Part shown: positions 43,847-54,945 of the stretch, piece by piece
Position numbering within the stretch: position 1 is the first letter of the stretch
Layout of the letters: each line of letters opens with the position of its first letter
Assembly: GCF_006345805.1 (NCBI RefSeq)
Contig: NC_043021.1
Span: 14,942,001 to 15,006,000 of the forward strand
Reading direction: 5' to 3'
DNA: 64,000 nucleotides
Origin: Octopus sinensis
Lineage: Eukaryota
Made by a program: the position numbers and the translations under genes
Notes under the pieces: generated by a model
What the model saw: the letters and a program-made list of their open reading frames with translations, nothing else
Told to the model about the DNA's origin: nothing
Database searches by the model: none

Positions 43847-44810
43847 TATATCGGAATTTAATGTGAAAAAGGGAATAATAAAAACTGGTATCCATGCCCA
43901 CATACACCTATCATGGCACTCCGTTGTTTATGATGACGAGGGTTCCAGTTGATTCAATCAACGGAGCAGCCCGCTCATGAAATTAACCTGCAAGTGGCTG
44001 AGTACTCCACAGACACATGTACCTTTAACGTAGTTCTTGGGGAGATTCAGCATGACACAGACTGTGACAAGGTTGACCCCTTTGAAATAGAGGTACAACA
44101 GAAACAGGAAGAAAGAGTGAGAGAAAGTTGTGGTGAAAGAGTACAGCAGGGGTTGCCACCACTCCCTGCTGGAACCTCATGGAGCTTTAGGTGTTTTCAC
44201 TCAATAAACACAACACCCGGGCTGGGAATCGAAACTGCAATCCTACAACTGCAAGTCTGCTGCCCTAACCACTGGGCTATTGCGTCTCCACACAAACACC
44301 TATACACACTGACACACATCAGATATATATCTACATGCTCAAACTTGAAATATTGGAAACATTATGTGATGTATGTCAGTATGTAAGTGTACACGTCTAC
44401 CAATTTTCCTCCCCACCCGCTATTACATTCTGATATAATCGTATTCTACACCATCTGAAAAGTATTTGTAGAAAAAGTTAATGAAAAAATAGCCATTTCT
44501 CTGAACGTTATGAGGAAACAAAGTCATTGGGGGTGGGGAGCGCCTTTGTGTAGGTCTGCTCACTTGATAATGTAGTTTTATTCTTTCACTTGTTTCAGCC
44601 ATTTGACTGCGGCTATGCTGGAGCACCACCTTGAAGGATTTTAGTTGAAAAAAATCAACCCCAGGACTTACGCTTTAGGCCTTGTACTTATTCTATCAGT
44701 TTCTTTTGCCGAACTGATAAGTTACGGGGATGTAAACACATAAATACCGGTTGTCAGGCGGTGGGAGGGGGCAAAAACTGACAGAGACACACACACACAG
44801 AAATTCATAC

Positions 44811-44885
<75 letters not shown>

Positions 44886-45357
44886 GGTATTCGCTCAGTT
44901 TCTGTCTACCAAATCCACTCACAAGGTTTTGGTCAGCCCGAGATTATAGTAGAAGACACTTGCCCAAGGTATCATGCAGTAGGACTGAACCTGGAAACAT
45001 GTGGTTGGGAAGCAAGCAAACAAATAAAAATCGATAAATTTATAGCCGAAGGCATAGATCTGAGAGTAAGAAGCTTGCTACCCAATGATGTTTTCTTGGA
45101 TTCAGTGCACACCTTGGGCAAGTGTCTTCTACTATAGCCCTGCGCCGACCAAAGCTTAGTGAATGGATTTGGTAGATGGACACTGTGTGGAAGATCGTCG
45201 CATATGTGTGCGTGTGTTTACGCCTCCCCAGAGTTGATTTGTTAATGTTCCCGTAATATAGCGGTTCGGCGAAAGAGAACAATAGAATAAGTACCCAAGC
45301 TTAGAAAAGAAAAAAGAAAAAGTGACCGGGGTAGATTCGTCTAGAGGTGCCCCAGCA

Positions 45358-46043
45358 GTCAATATAAAGATCTTCACCTGTGAACAGAAAAAAAATTAAT
45401 AAATAATAATAATAAACCATCCTGCTGGGTGTTAATAAGTATGTAGGAAACGAATATGAAAAAAAGATTTGCGCTAACGATCCTGGGGTGGTGGGGGAGA
45501 AGGCTTTCGGAAAATTCACAAGATTCGATTTTTCTGTAATAACTTTCGATAAAATGGATATATATTGATTTTTTTTTTACGGAATACTGTTTTTGGTTTT
45601 GGAGGAACCGATTCTGAAAAAAAAATTTCAAAAATCCCTCAATATATATATACACCCCGGGCCTTGAAGCAGGCTAGCCACATGCTAGAAATAACAGCCA
45701 AATCTACTTACCTTTCTGCAAAGATTTCTTTCGGAGTAATTTCAGAGTAGTTGAAATTTTGAAAATGAGATTTTTGAAATTTTTTTTTTTCCAGAATCGG
45801 ATCCTCCATAACCAAAAACGTGGGATTCCGTAAAAAAAAAATCAATATATATCCATTTTACCGAAAGTAATGACGGAAAAATCGGATCTTGTGAATTTTC
45901 CGAAAGTCCACTGCCCACCCACCCCCCCGGGTCGTTAGCGCAATTTTTTTTTTATCATATTCGTTTTCTACATACTTATTAACACACAGGAGGCTGGTTT
46001 ATTTATTTATTTTTTGTTCACGGGTGAAGATCTTTATATTGAC
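45358..46043. mobile_element. Foldback/Mutator-like MITE with ~280-bp TIRs, inserted in a SINE tail
   Basis: Ends GTCAATATAAAGATCTTCACC and GGTGAAGATCTTTATATTGAC, long imperfect arms, flanked by GCCCCAGCA at 45349-45357 and 46045-46053. Confidence 0.75.
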
Positions 46044-46516
46044 AGCCCCAGCATGGCCGCAGCCCAATTATGGAAATAACGGATATAACAAGAGCCAGTT
46101 GCCTTTCTGTTCTTGGAAGAATGAGTTATGACGAAAGAAGGGTGAGAGATTCAGATACGACTGGGAATATATTAACGGATTGTTATTTATTTCTAGCAGG
46201 AAGGACTTCTTTGATGCCAAAAGTTCGCAAAGAAGTTAGTTTTATCCCCGGGAAAGAAGAAAACTTTGACATTTTGTGGTTGTTGTTGTTGGTGCACTAC
46301 TGTCGGAAAGAAATTAAATTTCTAGTGTTCGGTTCGGTTGTTGATTGAAGAACAGGAAAAGGTGGCAATCCAGTATCTTCAACAATCATGTTTTTCAACA
46401 TCGCCGTGTTAGTTATATATATATATTTTTCGAACAAACACACACGTCCTTTCTCTCGCCACACACACACACACATACATACATAGACAGACAGGTGGGT
46501 AGACAGACAGACAGAC

Positions 46517-46571
<55 letters not shown>

Positions 46572-46728
46572 CAGACAGATAGATAGAAGTATAATACACG
46601 AAACTGTTAGCCCTTGAGTCGCTTGTAATTTTACAACCGAATAAAAAAATATATGCTATTATATTTTGAGTTTTATTACTCCAGTTTGGGCCGTCAAACC
46701 CATATACATACATATCCATATCTATCTG

Positions 46729-46777
<49 letters not shown>

Positions 46778-47188
46778 TTAGATCAGCATTTCTCAATATT
46801 TTACCTATGGACCACTTTGATTCCAATTTTACTTGGATGGACACTCAGTGTTTAAAAAAATCCTATTATTATTTTTATGATTAAATATTATTTGGAATTG
46901 TATAAAAATTGTTGAAATATTCTGTGAACTTTAGAAGTGTAACCAATTTATTGCATATACACTTTAGCAACAAAATCTTACCTGGACACCCCAAGTGCCA
47001 TATTAGACCCTGGTTAGATAGATAGATACATGCACACTCCGCTCGGTCTACAAGAACTGGCAGGGAAATCTCACTCAAATGACACACCCCAGTATCACAA
47101 AGTACGTGTATATATTCCTAATACTTTCTTACTCCCACCCGGTACCCACCTTCTTTCATTTCTCAGTCTCCTCTGGACTTTCCTCTCA

Positions 47189-47222
47189 TATCCGACGAAA
47201 GGGTTATATCCGAAACGTAATA
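47189..47222 (+). ncRNA. Degenerate minimal hammerhead-like motif
   Basis: UAU-CCGACGA-AA-GG(GUUAUAU)CC-GAAAC-GU-A-AUA. Confidence 0.4.
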
Positions 47223-48055
47223 ATTTTTACTCTATAACTCTTACTCCTTCCTTGAGCGTCACCCTAATATGAACTATGAAAGTCCGTTGTACTTTTATTT
47301 GCTTTTTGTCGTTGTGTATATGTGTGTGGGCACATAGACACACACACACACGCACACAGAGGCTCTATATTGGGTTTCAAATTTTGGCACAAGGCTAGCA
47401 AGTTTGAGGAAAGGGGTAAATCGAAAGGGGGTAAGTCGGTCCCGGGGGAACCATGAACTCTGAACGTAAAAACGGGCGAAATTCCGCTAAGAGTTTTTGC
47501 CCGGCTTCCTGACAATTCTACCAGCTCGCTGTCTTCACAAACACACACATATACAACAGACGTCCGTGAAAGAAAGAGCAGAATAAAGAAACGTTAGCTA
47601 ACTATGGAAGAAGTAATGAGGTTGCTGTGGCAATCAATGACTTCTCATGTCTCAAAAGTCTATCGAGACTTTGATCCGTAAAGATGGCCCACCAAATATA
47701 TATATAAATATATATATATATATAATACGTTACTAATATACATAATCGTCGTCGTCATAATATATATATATACTTAATATGCTTGCATAACTTATATAGA
47801 TATATACATAATTTATGTCTGACTAATTTACATAAATAATACACATAAGTAACATGGCTAAATAATAAGCATAATTTATGAAAAATAAAAAAGCATTCAT
47901 AAGCAGTATGCATGAATTATATAACTGATATACATAAATGTACACGAATAATATACATATCCAATATATATATATATGACTAATTTACATAAATGTACAT
48001 AAGTCACATACATAACTAATATATTTACCTATTTTACATAAATCATGTGTGTCTG

Positions 48056-48117
<62 letters not shown>

Positions 48118-48352
48118 AATAAAATAGAATATATGCATATATATAAACATATATGTACGTACCTACCTCTACATGTACATATAAAATATATACACAAATG
48201 TACACGAATGACATAAGTAATAAATAATGCATATAACTAATTTACATAATATATGTAAATGATATTATATTATATTAATAACAAATGTAAATATCTTTTG
48301 TATATTATATACAAAAGTTATTAACAGGAGATGGATTCAGTATTAGGCAAAT

Positions 48353-48383
<31 letters not shown>

Positions 48384-48625
48384 TATATATATATAACATA
48401 ACTATGTACACATGGTATATATTATATATAAACACATAATTCAGTTTTCGTTGTTTTTTACTCGAGTATATCAGAAAAGTTCGTTTCAAAACAGAAATAA
48501 CTTTTTTCTTCTTTCCTGAAGTTTAAAAACTTTCTCTCTACACCCAAAAAGTTAATATTTTTTTTTCCCTGCTAGATCGTTTTAAACTCGAGAATTGTTA
48601 ATACTTCTTTTTTTTTTTTACTTAC

Positions 48626-48866
48626 CGATCTGTAAACCAGTACTAAATCCGTGTAATCCAGGAACAAACAAAAGTAACAATGCTAATAAATAATCAATCT
48701 AAGGTTTTCTATTAAATAACTCAGAAGTGAAAAAAAAAAAAAAAGGAAACCAATACAGATTCTCTCAACTCAACAAACTTGGATTGTATTTACCTCGAGT
48801 GGCTGAAGTTTGCTTCACTTCAAGGTTTGGGACGAGAAAACCTCAGTTGAATCGCACCGCGCACTC
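48626..48866 (-). promoter_or_regulatory. Candidate alternative first exon or promoter
   Basis: Unique CpG-containing sequence with two minus-strand donors (GAG|GTAAAT at 48793, TCG|GTAAGT at 48625). No pyrimidine tract lies upstream, where the minus strand is the GA-rich minisatellite. Confidence 0.3.
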
Positions 48867-49545
48867 TCTCTCACACACATACACACTTTCTCACTCTCTC
48901 CTTCTCTCTCTCACACACATACATACTTTCTCACTCTCTTCTTCTCTCTCTCACACACATACACACTTTCTCACTCTCTCCTTCTCTCTCTCACACACAT
49001 ACACACTTTCTCACTCTCTCCTTCTCTCTCTCACACACATACATACTTTCTCACTCTCTTCTTCTCTCTCTCACAACACATACACACTTCTCACTCTCTC
49101 CTTCTCTCTCTCACACACATACACACTTCTCACTCTCTCCTTCTCTCTCTCACACACATACACACTTTCTCACTCTCTCCTTCTCTCTCTCACACACATA
49201 CACACTTTCTCACTCTCTCCTTCTCTCTCTCACACACATACACACTTTCTCACTCTCTCCTTCTCTCTCTCACACACATACACACTTTCTCACTCTCTCC
49301 TTCCTCTCTCACACACATACACCTTTCTCACTCTCTCCTTCTCTCTCTCACACACATACACACTTTCTCACTCTCTCCTTCTCTCTCTCACACACATACA
49401 CACTTTCTCACTCTCTCCTTCTCTCTCTCACACACATACACACTTTCTCACTCTCTCCTTCTCTCTCTCACACACATACACACTTTCTCACTCTCTCCTT
49501 CTCTCTCTCACACACATACACACTTTCTCACTCTCTCCTTTTCTC
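48862..49545. repeat. 40-bp CT/CA minisatellite, about 17 copies
   Basis: Unit CTTCTCTCTCTCACACACATACACACTTTCTCACTCTCTC, followed by a CT-rich tract to about 50050. Confidence 0.9.
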
Positions 49546-49992
49546 TCTCCTTTCTATCTCTCTCCCCACTCTCCCTCTCTCTTCCTTCACTCTCTATCTC
49601 ACTCTTTTGCTTTTTCATTTGTCACTTCCTTTCTTCCTTTCATTCTTTCACCTTCTTTCTTATTCCTCCCTCTCTCTTTATCACTTTTATCTCCCCCCCC
49701 CCGCCTGCTATCTCTCTCTTTCTCTTTTACTCTATTTTTCTCTCCCCACTTTCTTTCTTTCTCTCTTTCTCCTAATATCTCTCTTCCTCCCTCTTTCTCT
49801 CTTTATTTATTTCTCCCCCTCTCAATGTCTTTTTCTCTTTCTTTCTCACTCACGCACATTTTCTATATCCATGTCCGTTATTCAGCAATCTTTATTTCTT
49901 TATTTCTGCTTCTCTTTTTCCCTAAGTTTACATTTGCCTGTATCTAGCTTTTACTTTCTTTCAGTATCTCCTCTTCCTTCTCTTTCCCTCTG

Positions 49993-50033
<41 letters not shown>

Positions 50034-51031
50034 ATCAATATCATTTTCCTTTTTCCTATCTCTCATACATACATACATAAGCACACTCACATACATGTCT
50101 AGAATCAAGAGATGAAATCCAGTGATGCCGAATATTCTTTTCTACTCTAGGCACAAGGCCTGAAATTTTGGGGGAGGAGGCCAATCGATTAGATCAACCC
50201 CAGTACACAACTGGTACTTAATTTATCGACCTCAAAAGGATAAAAGGCAAAGTCGACCTTGGTGGGATTTGACTCAGAACATAAAGACAGACAAAATACC
50301 TATTTCTTTACTACCCACAAGGGGCTAAACACAGAGGACAAACAAGGACAGACAAACGGATTAAGTCGATTATATCGACTCCAGTGCGTAACTGGGACTT
50401 ATCTAATCGACCCTGAAAGGATGAAAGGCAAAGTCGACCTTGGCGTAATTTGAACTCAGAACATAAAGACAGACGAAATATTGCTAAGCATTTCGCCCGG
50501 TGTGCTAACATTTCTGCCAGCTCACCACCTTAGAAATGTTAAATATTGAAAACACTTTGCAGTTCTGGGGTAAAGAGTGATATAATAGGAATCCAGGTAA
50601 GCAGATATGGAGATTATGATGCAAATAAAAAAACTGTTTATTTGCATCATCATCTCTCTATATATGTATACATGTATGTATGTACTAAGTACATGTGTGT
50701 ATAAATGTATATGTTTGTGTGTCTGTGTTTGTCCCCCCCCACCATTGCTTGACAGCCGATGTTGGTGTGTTTACATTCTCGTAACTTAGCAGTTCAGAAA
50801 AAGAAACTGATATAATAAGTACTAGGCTTACGAAGAATAAGTCCTGGGGCCGATTTGTTCAACGAAAGGCAGTGCTCCAGTATGGCTGCAGTCAAATGAC
50901 TGAAACAAGTAAAAAAGTAAAAGAAGATATATATATATATAGGGATAGTTTACAAAAAAAACAAAAGATGAAGACAGGTGGTGTATAAAACAAATAGATG
51001 TATTAGTATAACGCTCAGGAATTGAAAAGGT

Positions 51032-51067
51032 CTTTTACATTTCGAGCCTACGCTCTTCTACAGAAAG
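51032..51067 (-). ncRNA. Hammerhead-like motif with CUGUAGA core (second copy of the 29.3-kb repeat, about 50940-51110)
   Basis: CUUU-CUGUAGA-A-GAG(CGUAGG)CUC-GAAAU-GU-A-AAAG. Confidence 0.45.
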
Positions 51068-51354
51068 GGACACAGAAAAAACAAGAAGAGAAAAAAAAAT
51101 GTGTGTAGTGGCTACTGATCTATCATGGCGACTGCCGGACAGAAGGGTAACACAAGAGAGCGAAGAAGTAGGGACCTTGCTCACCCACACATTCACCGAA
51201 AAATATACATACCCACTGTCAGGTGACACGTTCAGAAGATGCTCTTTACGTTCCACTGGCACATGAGCCAGTTGGGGAGGGGCTAGCATCAACCACATTT
51301 GGATGGTGCTTTTTACGAGTCACCGGCATGGGGAGTCAGTCAGGCGGCACTGGC

Positions 51355-51458
<104 letters not shown>

Positions 51459-51503
51459 TATATATATAATATATATATATATATATACATATACATGCAA
51501 ATT

Positions 51504-51564
<61 letters not shown>

Positions 51565-52019
51565 GTAGGTAGTTAGATATGTAAGTAGGTTGGTAAGTAG
51601 GTAGGCAGATTGATAAATAGATAGATAGACAGACAGACAGACAATCAAATAGATATATTTGTATTCACTATTATACAATATAATAATAATACAAAAAGTA
51701 AAGTCATTAATATTAATCAGCAGACCATTATCATTTTCTTTTGTTTGTTATTCTTCATTTATTCGTTTATTTGAGGAAAACCACCTCACACCAGTTTATT
51801 TATTCACCTCTGAATCAATTATGTTTACTCAAAAACAACCAAACGTACATTAATAAAGCACAGACTGAAGACTGAGGCTTTCTGTCCCCTTTTATATCCT
51901 CTAACACAGCAATCAGCTGAAGATAAATATCGTCTGTCTTTGAATTTTACCGACACATCGTAATGGTTGTATGCATTATGTATGTAAATATTTATTCTAC
52001 AATAGGTACAACTGTAGTG

Positions 52020-52290
52020 TGTGCGCGATTCGAATATAAAGGCACCTACCTTCTCTTCGCTCCGATGGAGACCCTTCAGTGGTAACGGATCCTTCGACAC
52101 AGCCCGACCTGAACGCTAAAGGCTTCACTCAACCTTAGCAACGTTTTCCCCCGTCTTGACATGTCGACGACCCCGGTTCGAAAAGGCCAAAATCGCCGCT
52201 CCCTGCGCGCGCCTCACGGCTGCCCCTTCAAGCTGCCCCGACTTCCGGTCAGCGCACCCACCTGCTGACGTCATCCCACAACAACAACAA
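52020..52290 (-). promoter_or_regulatory. CpG-rich promoter and candidate non-coding first exon (donor after 52050)
   Basis: This is the densest CpG/GC patch in the window. It contains an ETS site ACTTCCGG (52241-52248), a full CRE TGACGTCA (52266-52273), TGCGCGCGC (52204-52212) and a minus-strand donor AAG|GTAGGT at 52049, oriented toward ERK5. Confidence 0.55.
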
Positions 52291-52789
52291 CAACAACAGC
52301 AATAACAACGGCAAGAATAATAATGATTTCAAATTTTGGGTCAAGACTAGTGGTTTTGAAAGACATTGCTCCTTCTCCATACACAGCACAAATCTAATGA
52401 GCAGCTTTGGTGGGCTTAACATCTCGATTAAATGCAAAAAGCAAATAGTGTCGAAAATGCTCAGCCCCCGAAAGGATGAAATGCAAACTTGATCTTGGCA
52501 GAATTTGAACTCAGAACACCAGGACAGACGAAATGCCACAAAGTATTTTGCCTGGCACACAAATGATTCTTAATTCTTTATTGCCCACAAGGGGCTAAAC
52601 ATGATGTTGTGGGGGGACAAACACAGACACACAAACACATAAACTGATAAGATTTTGAGATCAATCCAGCACCGGACAAGGATTCTGGATTATTTTTCCT
52701 GTTTGTTTTACTTAATTTTTGAGAGCAGTCGGGTTCACTTTTAGTATTCTCGTTCGTGAGAGCAGTCAAATTTATTTCAGATATGCTGA

Positions 52790-53400
52790 ACAAGGACAGA
52801 CAAAGGGATTAAGTCAATTACATCGACCCCAGTGCTCACCTGGTACTTTATCTATAGACCCCGAAAGGATGAAAGGCAAAGTCGACCTTGGCGGAATTTG
52901 AACTAAGAACGTAACAGCAGACGAAATACCTATTTCTTTATTACCCACAAGGGGCTAAACACAGAGGGGACAAACAAGGACAGACATAGGTATTAAGTCG
53001 ATTACATCGACCCCAGTGCTCAACTGGTACTTTATCTATAGACCCCGAAAGGATGAAAGGCAAAGTCGACCTCAGTGGAATTTGAACTCAGAACGTAACA
53101 GCAGACGAAATGCCGCTAAGCATTTCACCCAGCGTGCTAACATTTCAGCCAGCTCAATGCCTTCATAACAATAGTAATAATGATGATTTCAAATTTTGCC
53201 ACAAGGGCAGAAATTTTGGGTAGAAGGGGATGAGTCGATTACATTGACCCCAGTTCTTAAATGGTATTTATTTTATCGATCCCCAAAGAATGAAAAGCAA
53301 AGTTGACCTCGCCTGAATTTGAACTCAGAATGTAAGGACAGACAAAATCCCATAAAGTATTTCACCTGGCATGCTAATGATTTGGCCAGCTTGCTTCCTT
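52790..53400 (-). mobile_element. SINE B multimer plus an adjacent monomer
   Basis: GAACT.AGAAC at 52900 and 53084 (period 184), with junction GAAATACCTATTTCTTTA. Confidence 0.8.
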
Positions 53401-53656
53401 TACAACAATACTAATAATAATAATAATAATGGTAACAAGAGCACTCTGAGAGCACAAACCTCCGCCAAGGTAACACATCCTATGCAAAACACTTTCAATA
53501 TAGTAAGCATCAGAGCATCACAACAAATCACAGTACATACCCAAGGCACACAGAGCTGCGCTCGGTAGTGAAGTGAAAGCACGCTATAAAAATAAAACTA
53601 CTGAATAATAATAATAATAATAATAATGATAATAATAATAATAATAATAATAATAA

Positions 53657-54212
53657 ATGCCCTGATGCAGTACCAGGCAGTGGATCTCATGGCTTCTGAT
53701 CTTAACTGATTGGAAGTGTTATCATGTATATTGTTTTGACTTGGTATAAAAGATGGGCTACAGCAAATATTCTGCTCAATACCACAGATTTGCTTGTCAG
53801 TTGTTTGACCTTAACCAGTTGAGCATGTCCCTTAGTGGCTGACGATATGTGCATCTCTGATCACGAGCAGAAGTAGTGGGGGAGCATCATAGCCATGTGT
53901 TGAGAGGGATTCTTTGGGGTTTGAATAATTCACCTCTGGAAACATGGGTGGTTCTTTCAACATCCTTAAACAACCCTTATTCAGGGACCTTTTAAGCGGG
54001 ATGGGCTACTCAACCTGAAGAAAATTCTAACTGGGCCCCACCTGCAAGGTCATGTGCTGTTTATCTTGATATGAGATCACCATGTCGCGCACATATGGTT
54101 GTGATGCATGTGCCTGGTGTACCCTTATCAGACGGGTAGTCATGATGGGTATATTGGGCTTCGTATATTTTACCCCAGTGTCACTTTGATGGCATGAACT
54201 GCTCTCTCACTC
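53657..54212 (+). mobile_element. Non-coding repeat family embedded in (TAA)n, longest copy
   Basis: Homologous copies at 54970-55340, 56133-56503 and 60976-61312 (minus). All share the 3' end CTCTCTCACTC(AAT)n or a close variant and lie inside AAT tracts. Confidence 0.8.
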
Positions 54213-54243
<31 letters not shown>

Positions 54244-54683
54244 GGAAAAGTAGCGATACTCTGGTACTATGATTTTCAGACGAATTGTGTAATCGAACGC
54301 TGTCGGCCGGATATCGTTGTATTGAATAAGAGAGACAAATACTGTCAGATCATTGATATAGCCATACCAAATGACATGAATGTTGTGAGTAAAGAGGTTG
54401 AAAAAAATCACCAAATACTCCGAATTGAAAGTGAAAATGGCAAGATTGTATGGAATGCGAGAGAGTAATGTCAAAGTGATACCAGTGGTAATTGGAGCAT
54501 TGGGCTCAATCCCATTGACACTTCAAGACTTCCTAAGGTAACTGGAAGTCCCATGCAAGATTGATGTCTTGCAAAAAGCAGTCATATTAGGCACAGTGCA
54601 GATCCTAAGGAGAGTATTATCTATCTGAGGTGCTTGATGTGACTTGACTCTGGTGCATTTTTACCTACACTGTATAACGAAGG
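54244..54683 (+). mobile_element. R4/Dong-clade non-LTR retrotransposon 3' fragment (restriction-like endonuclease domain)
   Basis: Conceptual translation ILWYYDFQT..RPDIVVLNK..IIDIAIP..KEVEK/ITKYSEL..VIPVVIGALG..LQKAVILGTVQILRRVL* has one frameshift and one internal stop. It is flanked on both sides by (AAT)n. Confidence 0.8.
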
Positions 54684-54914
54684 AATAATAATAATCTTTT
54701 CTACTACAGGCACAAAGCCTGAAATTTGCAGGGAGGGGTAGTCAATCACATTGACCCCAGTACTTGACTGGTACTTAATTTATTGACCCCGAAAGGATGA
54801 AAGGTAAAATTGACCTTGGTAGTAATTGAACTCACAACATAGAAACAGATAAAATACCACTAAGCATTTTACTCGGTGTGCTAATGATTCTGCCAGCACA
54901 CCACCTTAATGACG

Positions 54915-54945
<31 letters not shown>

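Noticed and set aside
46185-46350. Plus-strand acceptor TTATTTATTTCTAGCAG and ORF 46070-46348
   Set aside because: No matching donor or recognisable protein similarity.
48727-49947. 406-aa, 321-aa and similar long ORFs (also 3846-4814, 30471-31203, and the many YI/CV/HT-repeat ORFs)
   Set aside because: These are translations of stop-poor minisatellites and microsatellites, with no domain content or splice support.
52076-52078. Selenocysteine recoding of the uORF TGA
   Set aside because: I could identify no SECIS-like element in the 3' region, and there is no selenoprotein context.
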